A stretch of DNA of 64,000 bases from Chthonomonadales bacterium (GTDB taxonomy: Bacteria > Armatimonadota > Chthonomonadetes > Chthonomonadales > CAJBBX01), in contig JBBIPC010000014.1 of assembly GCA_037443035.1 (NCBI GenBank), positions 1 through 64,000 of the forward strand. The letters run 5' to 3'. The position numbers and the translations under genes were made by a program. A model generated the notes under the pieces. The model worked only from the letters and a program-made list of their open reading frames with translations. It had not been told where the DNA came from and did not search any database. Positions 39,297-49,701 of this stretch are shown piece after piece (position 1 is the first letter of the stretch; the number at the start of each line of letters is the position of its first letter).

Positions 39297-40931
39297 CTAG
39301 CCGGTCTTCGCGAGCGAGCGTGCAGCCTCCTCGAGTTGTCGAGCTGCTTCCTGGCGAAGCAGGGTCGCCTCCCGTTCGTCTGCGTCGTCTCGGCTCTCGA
39401 GGTATGTGGCAAAGGTCGCCGAGGATTGGGCAAGTAGAGCCGTGGCCTGCAAGTAGAGAGGTTGGGCTGTGCCGTAGCCGACCGGGACCTGCACTTTCGA
39501 CAGGAACGACGTCATGGCAGCAGCCCCGTCGCGACACGAGGTAGCGATGCGGTGGGCGTCCTCGCGGGAGACGGTGCCTGCCAGGAAGTCCCGCCGAAGG
39601 GCTGTCAACCGACCGATGGCATCTTGGGCCGCTCCATCGAGTACCTCTAGAATGGCTCCGTACGTCTCCGCATAAACGCCGTCCGTCCCACCACCATTTG
39701 CCTTGCGAGCTTCCTCGATCTCCACCGCCGCATCGGCAAAGCGCAACGACTGAGCGCGTAACCTTGCTATGCGGAATCGGACCACGGCATTGGAGGGATC
39801 GGCATCGCGGGCCGCCGTATAGGCAGCCTCCGCCTCCGCCGTCATGCCCTGGGCAAGGTACGTATCTCCGAGCGCGAGGCGGTGTTGAGCGACGCCCGGT
39901 TCCAGGCGGATCGCCTGGTTGATCGCCTTGATGGCCTCTGCATGCTCCCCAGCCTCGGCGTACGCTTCTCCGAGGAGGCGATACAGCTCAGCGTTGTCAC
40001 CACAGACTGCAAGTGCTCGCGCGGCCTCGTCGCGAGCAGCCTGTGTCCATCCCCGAATCCTGAGGGCGTTGATCAGCTCGCGGCGAAGTCGAACATCCCG
40101 AGGCCTCTCCGTTACAGCTTTCCGGAGGGACACGATGAGGTTCGCCGTGTCGCCCGACTTGCGGAACCGTTCGATCAGCAGATCGGCTGTAGTTGGCCCC
40201 GCCAGCTTTGTGTCCGACTTCGCATCCGTCCGCGGCGGATTCGTACCACCCTGATCGGTGCCCCCAGGCTTTCCGGCGGTATCCGTCTGCCCAGGCGGAG
40301 GCTGCTCCATGGCTGCGGGAGGCACCGGCGGCGCCGACGCTATGCCAGGTAGGATGGCGGCGACATGGGCGTGGATGGCATCCAGCAGCTCGCTCTTGCG
40401 GTTCCTGCCTTTGTACGGCGCTAGAGTCGTGGAAAACACGTTGGTCCACCGGGATCCCGTGCGCATGAGCATGTCGGCAACGGCGCCGATGCCTTGTCGT
40501 GTTCGTGTTGCACTGACCCTGACAATGTACACCGCACCGATGGCCTCGGCGACTTTCCGCATGGCTTCTTCACCCAGGTAGGCGCTAGCGGTGCCAGGCT
40601 CCAGACGATTAGCTTTCACAGCATTCGAGATTGCGTCCGCCTTGGGGGAATACAGGACGACGTCGTAGCGGTTCAGCTCCTTGGCTGCCCGGGCGAGGAA
40701 GAAACCCATGTCCACGAAGTCCGACCGTCCCTCCAGTCCCCGAGGCTGGGAGACGATCATGAGGCGGGGAAGCGCAGTCGTCGTGGACGAAACCGACTGA
40801 GCGGCACACAGCGACTCGAGCAACAGCAGAAGGCAGCAGAACGCCGACAGCCACGCTCGCCGGCTGCCCGACCGCGGCCGTGCAGTGGTTCGGCGATGTG
40901 AACTCGTCTCTGCCTCGTTCCTCACTGACAC
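39297..40931 (-). CDS. Exported TPR protein
   Basis: Hydrophobic signal segment, N-terminal alpha/beta domain, several TPRs (AIRLEPGVAQHRLALG, ADPSNAVVRF). Confidence 0.72.
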   Translation of the reverse strand: MSVRNEAETSSHRRTTARPRSGSRRAWLSAFCCLLLLLESLCAAQSVSSTTTALPRLMIVSQPRGLEGRSDFVDMGFFLARAAKELNRYDVVLYSPKADAISNAVKANRLEPGTASAYLGEEAMRKVAEAIGAVYIVRVSATRTRQGIGAVADMLMRTGSRWTNVFSTTLAPYKGRNRKSELLDAIHAHVAAILPGIASAPPVPPAAMEQPPPGQTDTAGKPGGTDQGGTNPPRTDAKSDTKLAGPTTADLLIERFRKSGDTANLIVSLRKAVTERPRDVRLRRELINALRIRGWTQAARDEAARALAVCGDNAELYRLLGEAYAEAGEHAEAIKAINQAIRLEPGVAQHRLALGDTYLAQGMTAEAEAAYTAARDADPSNAVVRFRIARLRAQSLRFADAAVEIEEARKANGGGTDGVYAETYGAILEVLDGAAQDAIGRLTALRRDFLAGTVSREDAHRIATSCRDGAAAMTSFLSKVQVPVGYGTAQPLYLQATALLAQSSATFATYLESRDDADEREATLLRQEAARQLEEAARSLAKTG

Positions 40932-42208
40932 AACCTCAACCCGGCCTCGCAGGCCTGGATCGCCTGCTGTGCCGCCTCCTTGTCCGCGCCGCGGTCCATG
41001 GCCTCTCGATAGCCGCGGATCGCTTCTGCGTAATGGCGCCGTGCGTTGGCCTTGTCACCTATTCTCTGATAGCAGAGTGCAGCCTTCTGATGATATCCCG
41101 GTGCACCGTCGCCAGCCCCCGCCAGGGCTCGCTCCCAAGCTTGCGCCGCTTCTTTGTAGCGGCCGGCTAGCTGGAGGTTCTGGGCGATGGCGGCATTGTT
41201 GCGCGATTCCATCTGTGCAGACGACGTGTTCGGCGGGGTATTCGGGGACGGGTTCGCGCTGGTGCCCGGCTGCGGTCCGACGACGATTTCGATTCTCCCT
41301 GGCCCCTGGGTCGGCGGATTCGCTGGTGTGTTCCCACCCCCAGGAGCGACCGGTTGGCCCGGATCGAAAAACGGGCCACCACCGGAGCCCGGCGCCGGAG
41401 GGCTCGCCTGTGCTTCCAGAGGCTCCTGCTGGGGTCGCACCGGCAGTGGGGCTAGGCCAGACGGCTGCGAGGACTGAGGCTGCCTGGACTCCTGCAGCGC
41501 CGGCTGCTGAGGTGGCGGCTGCTGCTGAACTGGAGGCGACGGCGGCGCTCCGGAGAACGACGGCTGTTGAGTGGGCGCCGGTGCCAGAACGCTGCCCGCC
41601 TGAGGAAGCGGGGTCTGGGCGACGCTGGCGGCAGCCTCACGGCGCTCCTGCGCATCCCGATAGGCAAGGACCACATAGCCGATGATGATCACCACCACTG
41701 CAGCGCCGATAGCGGCCACTGCTGCTCCAATGGGGCTGTCCCAGAACGTCGTAGGACCACCACGCACCGAGAGGATGCGGCGCTGCGCAGTCTGGGCAAT
41801 GCCCGCACGGAGTGCTTCCAGCTTCTCCTTGTCTGCCAGGCTCGATGGGTTCAGCTCGACGACGCGTTCCCTCTCCGCAATCGCCTTGTCCACTTCTCCA
41901 AGCCGCTCGTACACGGTGCTCAACAGCGCATGGCTCTCGGCACTGTCCGGCTTGAGATCCAGTGCGTCGCGACATGTATCGCGCGCGTGCTCGTACTCGC
42001 CCCTCACATAGTGGGCGAACGCGCGCGCCATCAGCTCGCTATACTGGGCCTCAGGATCCGGCACTAGTTCTGCAGGCGATGCAGGCGTGTGCGCTGCCTC
42101 GACCGGTAGCGAGTCGGATTCCTCTATAGGCGGCTCCATCTTGCGGCCGCATTGCTTGCAGAATCGGGCATCCTCCGGGTTCTTCGTACCGCACTGGACG
42201 CAGTACAT
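40922..42208 (-). CDS. Zinc-ribbon + TPR single-pass membrane protein
   Basis: CVQCG...FCKQCG, TPRs, TM helix, Pro/Gln linker, C-terminal TPRs. Confidence 0.8.
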   Translation of the reverse strand: MYCVQCGTKNPEDARFCKQCGRKMEPPIEESDSLPVEAAHTPASPAELVPDPEAQYSELMARAFAHYVRGEYEHARDTCRDALDLKPDSAESHALLSTVYERLGEVDKAIAERERVVELNPSSLADKEKLEALRAGIAQTAQRRILSVRGGPTTFWDSPIGAAVAAIGAAVVVIIIGYVVLAYRDAQERREAAASVAQTPLPQAGSVLAPAPTQQPSFSGAPPSPPVQQQPPPQQPALQESRQPQSSQPSGLAPLPVRPQQEPLEAQASPPAPGSGGGPFFDPGQPVAPGGGNTPANPPTQGPGRIEIVVGPQPGTSANPSPNTPPNTSSAQMESRNNAAIAQNLQLAGRYKEAAQAWERALAGAGDGAPGYHQKAALCYQRIGDKANARRHYAEAIRGYREAMDRGADKEAAQQAIQACEAGLRLCQ

Positions 42209-42261
42209 GCTCTGATGACCTTCTTCGCGCGAGATGCCGGGCTAGAGGCCCTGCTCAGAGA

Positions 42262-44670
42262 CTATTCTAGCCGCAATGGTGGAGTTTGGCAAGGCAGGGG
42301 AGTGGGCAGGGTTGGCTGGCGATCCAGCGGATGGTCGAAGAAGAGCGGTCCGATGAACCTGTGGGCCAGATAGAGCCACCAGGCGAACTGAGCCCGGGAA
42401 ATGGGCTTGACGGCATCGAATAGCAGCCGCCCTTCGCGGTCCCGTGACTCCAGCACGCCCCAGATCTGTACGTCCAACCCACGTTCGTACAGTGCCTCTG
42501 CAGCGGATGCTGCCGGTGTGTCGGACTGCAGGTCATGGTAGTGCACTGCGTCGGATGTTCGAGCCCAGCCGAACGAATGCACAAGCGTCTGGGCTGCCTC
42601 TCCGCGGGTCACCACGCGCTCCGGCGGCCCCTGGACGGCAGGCACACGCAAGCGCTCACCTACCGCCGCTCCCCTCCATGCAAGTATTCCCATGAGACGC
42701 GCAAGCTCCTGAGCTGTCAGCGGGTCGTCAGGCCGAAACGGCTCCGCCGCAAGCTGTGCCGCCGGGGTACGTTCTCGCGGCGGTGGGCACGGATAGAACC
42801 CTCTTGCGGCAAGCCACTGGATGGGCCGGAACGCAGGAGAGTCGAACGCTATGTCAGCGAACATGTAGAGCAAGACAGGCCAGGCAAGAGGCCCGGGTGC
42901 ACCGATGCCGTCGCGGGCTGGAGCCTCGGCTGTGCCAGCCCGGTTCTTCAGCAGCTCCGACTGCACTTGGTTGACCGGCACTTCGCGCGGCGTCAGGCCG
43001 AACCGCAGACAGAGGGCTGCTGCGACGCCTGCGGCCGCCCCAAAATGCATGCGAACCGGTTCCATTCGGTACGTTCCATAGGCAACGTGGGTCGCCGACA
43101 CGGCTGTGGTGACGAACAGGTTGTCAACGTTCTTCGGCAGCATGATACGGAATGGGACCTGGTGCCACGGAGTGTATTGAGGGAGGTAGAACTCCCCCTC
43201 ACCCATGTCGGGCGTGTTTGGATCGGTCTTCGGCTGCGTGGCATGGGAGTCCATGGCATAGTCGCCAATCCCAATGGCGTCTGGGCGGACAACGGATCGA
43301 GCGAACATGATGTCGCTTTCATTGACGACAACATCGGCTTCGAATCGCCGCGCCTCGCGGATGTAGAGCAGCGGTGGCCAGCCCCCATCGGCACGGAAGT
43401 CGTCCTCCGAAAGGCCGATGTGCTTCAGTCCTTCGTGGGTCTGGATGTAGTACAGGTACCCCAAGGCATGCTGCTTGTAGAGCCGCTCGATCTCCCTGCG
43501 ACGTTCGTAGCTAGCATCAGGATAGTCGTAGTTCGCTCCCTGAAGGTCACTACCATAGGGATGCTGGTTGATCTCGTACTTGTCGTTCGGCAGTTTGCCG
43601 GAGGTCGCGTTCCAGCTTCGCGGCCACGGTGGCGCATAGCGGTACTTGGCCTCGTCATACCCCTCCGGCTTTGGAATGGTCTTGTCGGCGCCTTGACCGT
43701 AGTCCTTCACCGTCATGAGGTACGCATACGCCTGAACGCGATGATCTCCGCGGCCTGCGCTATGAGGCAGGATCTGGTCGCGAGCACGGTCGTAGTAGAT
43801 GTGACCCGCGTGCGGCTCGGCTTTCGAGCGCGGCTCACGGCCCACGCGATACGGTGCTCCGGCCCATGCTGCCACGTCCCCGCACTCCGTAGCGTCCACT
43901 ACGAGGCTCGCTCGTATGCGACACGTTGCTTTCGTCGGCACGTGCTCGACCGTCACCGACTCGATGGTGCGGGTCTGGATTCTCCCCCGGCTTCGCTGTA
44001 CACGCACCGCTTTCGGGCGCGTCTGTCGGAATACTGTCAACCCTGGCGCCGCCCAGATGAGACGGCGCATTACTTCGTGGGCCACCCGAGGCTCGTACCT
44101 CAAGCCATTCCCGGAACCGTAGTAGGACTGCACCCCGCGGCGGAACTCCTCGAAGAAGCCAGAGGCATGCTCGGCACGCCGGATGTCACTGGCACCGAGC
44201 CCGTTGACGGACATGCCTCCAAGCCGTCGCGTTTCCTCGACGAGCACCACGTCCAAGCCATATCGCCCCGCTGTGACAGCGGCGGCCACACCCGCGGTCG
44301 TCGCTCCAACTACGAGCACATCGCAACGCAGAGAAGCAGGTAACTCCCTGTCGGTCTCTTCCACCGACGGGAAGCTCGCTTCGCTCGTGCCCGTGTGATC
44401 CTCGACGGTGACTTGGTACGTGTAAGGCTGTCCAGGTGTCACCTGTGTATCGTCGAACTCTGTCTGTGACGCGGGAACGCGACCGATGGTCTGACCGTCC
44501 CGCAAGACGGTGTATCGTATGGCTCCTGGCACAGCATTCCAGAAGACTCTGATCAGGCGAGGATGCACGGCCGCAGCTTCCACGGCTTGTGGCGCAGGCG
44601 GCACCCCGAGCGCAGAGCTGGTGAGCATCAGGACAGCACCCATCACGCCCCGCCGCTGTTGACGTAACAT
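42262..44670 (-). CDS. Exported FAD-dependent oxidoreductase with FN3 and SLH-like domains
   Basis: FN3 (W...YTVLRDG...YTYQV), DVLVVGATTAG, VDATECGD, YIREARR, SATHVAYGTYRMEPV; start uncertain. Confidence 0.82.
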   Translation of the reverse strand: MLRQQRRGVMGAVLMLTSSALGVPPAPQAVEAAAVHPRLIRVFWNAVPGAIRYTVLRDGQTIGRVPASQTEFDDTQVTPGQPYTYQVTVEDHTGTSEASFPSVEETDRELPASLRCDVLVVGATTAGVAAAVTAGRYGLDVVLVEETRRLGGMSVNGLGASDIRRAEHASGFFEEFRRGVQSYYGSGNGLRYEPRVAHEVMRRLIWAAPGLTVFRQTRPKAVRVQRSRGRIQTRTIESVTVEHVPTKATCRIRASLVVDATECGDVAAWAGAPYRVGREPRSKAEPHAGHIYYDRARDQILPHSAGRGDHRVQAYAYLMTVKDYGQGADKTIPKPEGYDEAKYRYAPPWPRSWNATSGKLPNDKYEINQHPYGSDLQGANYDYPDASYERRREIERLYKQHALGYLYYIQTHEGLKHIGLSEDDFRADGGWPPLLYIREARRFEADVVVNESDIMFARSVVRPDAIGIGDYAMDSHATQPKTDPNTPDMGEGEFYLPQYTPWHQVPFRIMLPKNVDNLFVTTAVSATHVAYGTYRMEPVRMHFGAAAGVAAALCLRFGLTPREVPVNQVQSELLKNRAGTAEAPARDGIGAPGPLAWPVLLYMFADIAFDSPAFRPIQWLAARGFYPCPPPRERTPAAQLAAEPFRPDDPLTAQELARLMGILAWRGAAVGERLRVPAVQGPPERVVTRGEAAQTLVHSFGWARTSDAVHYHDLQSDTPAASAAEALYERGLDVQIWGVLESRDREGRLLFDAVKPISRAQFAWWLYLAHRFIGPLFFDHPLDRQPTLPTPLPCQTPPLRLE

Positions 44671-44737
44671 GGGCATGAAGCGTACAATCTTGTCTACACC
44701 GTTCCCGATGCGCCATCGCGGGAGGGATATGCTCCGC

Positions 44738-45220
44738 ATGATGCCAGAAGCCTTCATCACGATCGTCCATCCTCCGGACGCCGCCCGCGACCCGTCTGCT
44801 GCATTCCGCGTGCCAGACCCGGATGACATCGCCGTGTGCTGCTTCTTTGCCGACGATTCCGCGCGGGGCAAGCTCTTGCGCGACCTGCGGACGGTGGCTG
44901 GACAGCCACCTGTGCCCTCCGATCGAGCCGAGAAGGAGACTGCGGCGCTGATGCAACGTTACACCGAAGCTTGGGAAAGCAACGAGCGGATCCGTGCTCT
45001 GGCCGAGCTCGTTCGCTGGCGGACCGGCGTTCACGGACGAGGATACCATACATATACCCTCAAGGAGGGATCGCCGCCTTATCCCTATGGCGTTATCATC
45101 TCGTTCTCCGAGCTGGATAGAGACACGTTGCGCTTGCACCTCGCTGAGGGCCATGCCCACCTCCTGAACGAAAAGAACCGGGTTATGGACGTTTTCGGTT
45201 GGGGGATTACGCAGCCGTGA
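44738..45220 (+). CDS. Hypothetical protein
   Basis: ORF fills the divergent gap; GGAGG upstream; start uncertain. Confidence 0.55.
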   Translation: MMPEAFITIVHPPDAARDPSAAFRVPDPDDIAVCCFFADDSARGKLLRDLRTVAGQPPVPSDRAEKETAALMQRYTEAWESNERIRALAELVRWRTGVHGRGYHTYTLKEGSPPYPYGVIISFSELDRDTLRLHLAEGHAHLLNEKNRVMDVFGWGITQP

Positions 45221-45287
45221 ATGCTCGACGCGCTGAGGCAGGCTCTGGACGCGCGGGTGCGGTGCGCCGTTACCGGGAGGGTGTCGG

Positions 45288-46580
45288 ATGCGACACACGA
45301 GCGAACTGACGAGACGCCAACTCACCCTAGGCATCGCCTGTGCCGCAGCGTCCGCAGCGACTGAGACTGCTGCGGACGGGAATCGGGTGCGGCTGGGGTT
45401 CGTCGGCGTGGGAAACCGGGGTGTCCAGCTCCTGGACGCTGCATTGAAGCTCCCAGACGCTGATGTAGTTGGTTTCTGCGATGTCTACGCTCCTTATCTC
45501 GAGAGGGCACAGGAGAAGCTCGGTCGGCGTGTGCCGATCTACTCCGACTACCGGCAGCTACTGGAGCGTAAGGACGTTGACGCTGTGGTCATTGCTACGC
45601 CGGATCATTGGCATGCCCTCCAGACCGTGGACGCCTGCGAAGCCGGGAAAGACGTGTATGTAGAGAAACCTCTCAGCATCACCGTTGTCGAGGGCCGTCG
45701 GATGGTCGAAGCTGTACGACGCACCAAGCGCATCGTACAGGTTGGACTTCAGCGAAGGTCTTCTGGCATCTACGCCGAGGTGGCTCAGCTCGTGCAGAGC
45801 GGACACATCGGGAAGGTCACTTTGGCCCAGTGCCACCGTATCAGCAACATGTTCCCATCCGGTATCGGGCATGCTCCGGATGGACCTCCACCGCAAGGAT
45901 TGGACTGGGATATGTGGCTGGGTCCGCGTCCCCGGCGACCGTTTCGTGCGACCATCGCGCCGTACAAGTTCCGGTGGTGGCATGCGTATTCGTCGCAGGT
46001 TGGCAACTGGGGGGTTCACTATTTCGACGCGCTGCGGTGGATCTTGGGCGAGAAGGCACCGGTCAGTGTATCGGCGCATGGCGGTCGCTTCGCCGTAGAC
46101 GACGATCGGGACATCCCCGACACATTGGAGGTCATTTTCGAGTTCGCCTCCGGACGCCTGCTCACCTTCGGCCAGTACGAGGCTTCGGGTCTCCCCGCAC
46201 TCCGAACCGGTGAGGTGGAACTGCGCGGCACGCTTGGAGCGATATACGTGGGTGGCTCCGGCTATGAAGTCGTTGCGGACCGTGGTGGGCAGTTCCAGGA
46301 ATGGCAGCCGAAGATCGAGTCCCGTCAGGTCAAGCGGAACGATGGAAACCTCGACGTGCTCCACATGCGCAACTTCCTCGACTGTGTGCGTTCGCGGCAG
46401 AGACCAGCCTGCGATGTGGAGGAGGGACATCTATCGACCGTCTTCGCGCACTTGGCGAACATTGCCCTGGCGACTCGCTCGCGCTTGGAGTGGGACGTGA
46501 ACAAGGAGCGTGTAACCAACAACCGTCTGGCGAACAGCCTCTTGCACTACGAGTACCGAGCCCCATGGAAGCTGCGATGA
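45288..46580 (+). CDS. Gfo/Idh/MocA oxidoreductase with Tat signal
   Basis: TRRQL twin-arginine, GVGNRG, ATPDHWH, YVEKP, NWGVHYFD. Confidence 0.92.
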   Translation: MRHTSELTRRQLTLGIACAAASAATETAADGNRVRLGFVGVGNRGVQLLDAALKLPDADVVGFCDVYAPYLERAQEKLGRRVPIYSDYRQLLERKDVDAVVIATPDHWHALQTVDACEAGKDVYVEKPLSITVVEGRRMVEAVRRTKRIVQVGLQRRSSGIYAEVAQLVQSGHIGKVTLAQCHRISNMFPSGIGHAPDGPPPQGLDWDMWLGPRPRRPFRATIAPYKFRWWHAYSSQVGNWGVHYFDALRWILGEKAPVSVSAHGGRFAVDDDRDIPDTLEVIFEFASGRLLTFGQYEASGLPALRTGEVELRGTLGAIYVGGSGYEVVADRGGQFQEWQPKIESRQVKRNDGNLDVLHMRNFLDCVRSRQRPACDVEEGHLSTVFAHLANIALATRSRLEWDVNKERVTNNRLANSLLHYEYRAPWKLR

Positions 46581-46620
46581 CGGCAGGGGCCGCTGCGGTA
46601 TGGACCCGGAGGACAATGCC

Positions 46621-49600
46621 ATGACTCAGCACGTGCGGGCAGTCCAGGGACTTGGAGCAGCCATTGTGGCGCTGGCATTGTTCTGTGGCCCTCTTGCCCG
46701 ATCTCAGCAGCCCCCGCCAGCAGCACCAGTCGCCCAGAGCCAGCCAGGAACGCATCGGTCGCCTGCCGTGCCTCCTCCTCCAGGTGGCTTCGACTATAGC
46801 CGTATCGTGCGCATCTGGAATGTACCGCCACCCTCGACGACTACCGAGACCACGAGCTCCGGGCCGACTGTGGGTAGCCGCATTGTTCTGTCGTCCAACG
46901 TACCTGCTGCAGAGGACCTGGCGCTTCTCGCATCGGCCGGTTTCACTCTCCTCCAGACGGACAGCGATCATCTCAGCACTGAGGAGGTTCGACCCAACGG
47001 CTTCGACTTCGGGCCGCAGGACGCAGCTCGACTGGCCAGTCTCCGCGCTGGTTTCGACTGGTGCTATTTCCCCCATTTCGCCTTCCCGCCGCCGTGGTAT
47101 TCCCAGAAGATCCAGTACCCGCGCATTCGGTGCCTCGAACATGACCAGACGGTCGAGGCCTTTTCGCCATGGGACCCCAACTTCGGGTATTTCGTGTCCC
47201 GAGGCTACCAGGTGCTCGCCCGGCACTTCGGACAGACGGTCGGTGCTGGTTCGGGGCCGGGCTCGGCCGCTGTATCGAGCTCCCCCATGTCTATGCCGGC
47301 CTTCTACGTGGGCATCCACGGCGACTATGGTGAGTGCGGCGTGTTCATCGGAGCCCGCACCAGCGTTCCTGGCCAGAAGGAGGACTGGGAGCGGCGGTTC
47401 GGCAATCTCCATAACCATGTTGGTTGGTGGTGCGGCGATGCGCTTGCCCGAGCATCCTTCCGAACCACGATGCTCGGTCGGTATGGCGGTCTTGCAGCTC
47501 TCAACGCCGCGTGGCGCACGAATTTCAAGGACGCTGATTCCATCACCTATCCAGCCAATGTCAATGCTGGCAGCCGTCGCTACTGGCTGGACTTCGTGAA
47601 CTGGTACAGGCAATCCATCAGCAACATGACGGATGTCGTGAGCCGGATCGCCCGGCGGACGTTCCCTAGTGCCTTGCTCATGCTTCCCTGCGGCTTTGGC
47701 GACGAAGATCCGCGGACGGGCGCCGACAATTCCATGCTAGCGAGAATCGCCGCCCGGCACCGCATGGATCTTCGTTCTACCCATGGCGGATACCAGCCAT
47801 TCGCCGAGAATCAGGCGACGATGCTGGGACGATTGGCGTCGGCATGCAGGTTCTACGGTGTTCCCTTCTGGTCGGAGCCACCGAGCACCATCAGCCCCGA
47901 CGGACAGGTTCAGCGCATCTTCGAGGCCATAACACTCGGGGCACGCGGCCACTTCGATTGGAGCTCCAACGTGAAGACCGGGCGGGAGGCCTACTACCGC
48001 TACGGCAAGTACATGCGCGTATCGCGCCGAGTGGTGGATGTGGCCATGTTCTATCCCACGACGAGCCACCTGCTCCGACCCGATGAGGGATACCCTCCGC
48101 TGCTGAGACAAGGGTGCACGACCATCCGAGACATCCTCGACTACGACATTGTGGACGAGCGCATGGTGCTGGACGGCGCCCTCGACAGGTATCGGGTGCT
48201 CGTACTCTGGGAAGGAGCTATCGTGGAGGCGCCGGTCCTCGAGCGCATAAGAGCGTGGGTGGAGCAGGGCGGCGTGCTGGTGGCGTATGACTTCGGCAAG
48301 ATAGAGACGGTCGAGGGGAGTCTGGATTGGTTCCGCGACGTTCTCGGCTACGCCGGCAGGCTCACGCCGGCTGCTGGCTCCCTTCGGTTCACCCCAGCCC
48401 CTGGCGCGCGACAGCAGACAGCCTACCGGATTACCGTGGGCGCCACGGAAGCGGTGACCTATCTAGAGGGGGATTGGTATCCGTCCGAGGAGACAGGCGG
48501 GGTTCTCCGGAGGTGGGCGGGTGCTGACGCCCACGTTCTCTTACCGGTCAAGGGCGGAACGGACATGGTGCTGACCGTACGCGCTTCCTTTCCTCCCGAA
48601 GCCGCGGGGCTTCGCCGCGAGGTGCTTGTCAACGGTACTCAGGTCGGCATACTCGACCTTGCTGGTGAACACACGTATCGCTTCGGGGTGCCATCGAACT
48701 TGACCGTAGGCCGAAACGTGAGCCGGGTAACATTCCGCTGTGAGACATTCGCGCCGTCGGAGAGGATCGCCGGTAGTAGCGACGGACGATCTCTGGGCGT
48801 ATGGGTGTCGTACGTCCAGCTCTCTCAAGACACGGCCGAGTCTGCGCTGACCGATCCAGGGATGCCTCAGGGGACCCTAGAAGTCTCTGTAGACTATCAG
48901 AGGCTTCGTAGCGAATGGGCGCGCCGGCTGGGGCGTGGCTGGACCATCTACTTCCCCGCGAAGAAAGATCAGCTTCGCGCTTACTGCGAGGTCGTCCGCT
49001 ATGCCACGTACCATCTATCCGACCTCGATACATCCAAGAAGGACGCCATTGCCATAGATGACGCGTGGGATGGGGTCTATGCTACGCTATGCACGGACAA
49101 GGCTGTCTATTACAACCCGACGCAGCGTCGTGTCTTTCGCACAATTGTTCTCTCGCCTTCGGCGCTGGCGGCAAACCGAGAAGTTGTGCGTTTGTCCCGC
49201 TTCACCCATGAGCTCACACTGGAGCCGAGATCCATATCCGTCATCCCATTCACGCCAGCGCCGGCCGAGCTCCTTCTACAGTGCGAGAAGTTCACCATCC
49301 TAGGATCCATCAAGCCTCAGCCTGGTCCCCAGTTCAGCCCCGGTGTGGGCGATACACACGTACTCGTGCCGGAAGGGGGGTCCATCAGCACACGCTTCGA
49401 ATGCCCCGTCTCGGGCCGCTTCCGTGTGTTCTACAGAACCTGGCGCAGGAACGCGCTCTGCCCAGCGAACATCACTGTGAACGGCAAGCCTTGCGCGCCG
49501 GTTACAGGAATTGTGCAACGCGGAGGAACGGAGACGTTGTGTGCGGGTGAAGTCTCCTTGGAGCGAGGCGTACATACCCTCACGATTCGACCGCGTCCGG

Positions 49601-49677
49601 GTCAGGATCTTCGCGCCGACTACGTGATACTGTCTTCTGATCCGGATATCGCAGGCTACGGCTTTGCAGTGAAGTAG
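46621..49677 (+). CDS. Large secreted glycoside hydrolase (GH42/GH14-like TIM barrel, trimerisation-like domain, CBM-like domains)
   Basis: Signal peptide, GIHGDYGE, ALNAAWRT, WLDFVNWY, WSEP, DVAMFYP, WVEQGGVLV. Confidence 0.7.
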   Translation: MTQHVRAVQGLGAAIVALALFCGPLARSQQPPPAAPVAQSQPGTHRSPAVPPPPGGFDYSRIVRIWNVPPPSTTTETTSSGPTVGSRIVLSSNVPAAEDLALLASAGFTLLQTDSDHLSTEEVRPNGFDFGPQDAARLASLRAGFDWCYFPHFAFPPPWYSQKIQYPRIRCLEHDQTVEAFSPWDPNFGYFVSRGYQVLARHFGQTVGAGSGPGSAAVSSSPMSMPAFYVGIHGDYGECGVFIGARTSVPGQKEDWERRFGNLHNHVGWWCGDALARASFRTTMLGRYGGLAALNAAWRTNFKDADSITYPANVNAGSRRYWLDFVNWYRQSISNMTDVVSRIARRTFPSALLMLPCGFGDEDPRTGADNSMLARIAARHRMDLRSTHGGYQPFAENQATMLGRLASACRFYGVPFWSEPPSTISPDGQVQRIFEAITLGARGHFDWSSNVKTGREAYYRYGKYMRVSRRVVDVAMFYPTTSHLLRPDEGYPPLLRQGCTTIRDILDYDIVDERMVLDGALDRYRVLVLWEGAIVEAPVLERIRAWVEQGGVLVAYDFGKIETVEGSLDWFRDVLGYAGRLTPAAGSLRFTPAPGARQQTAYRITVGATEAVTYLEGDWYPSEETGGVLRRWAGADAHVLLPVKGGTDMVLTVRASFPPEAAGLRREVLVNGTQVGILDLAGEHTYRFGVPSNLTVGRNVSRVTFRCETFAPSERIAGSSDGRSLGVWVSYVQLSQDTAESALTDPGMPQGTLEVSVDYQRLRSEWARRLGRGWTIYFPAKKDQLRAYCEVVRYATYHLSDLDTSKKDAIAIDDAWDGVYATLCTDKAVYYNPTQRRVFRTIVLSPSALAANREVVRLSRFTHELTLEPRSISVIPFTPAPAELLLQCEKFTILGSIKPQPGPQFSPGVGDTHVLVPEGGSISTRFECPVSGRFRVFYRTWRRNALCPANITVNGKPCAPVTGIVQRGGTETLCAGEVSLERGVHTLTIRPRPGQDLRADYVILSSDPDIAGYGFAVK

Positions 49678-49701
49678 CCTGACGCCCATTCTCCTGCTTG
49701 C

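Noticed and set aside
42535..44343. 602-aa plus-strand ORF
   Set aside because: Antisense shadow of the FAD oxidoreductase; no motifs; expected in GC-rich DNA
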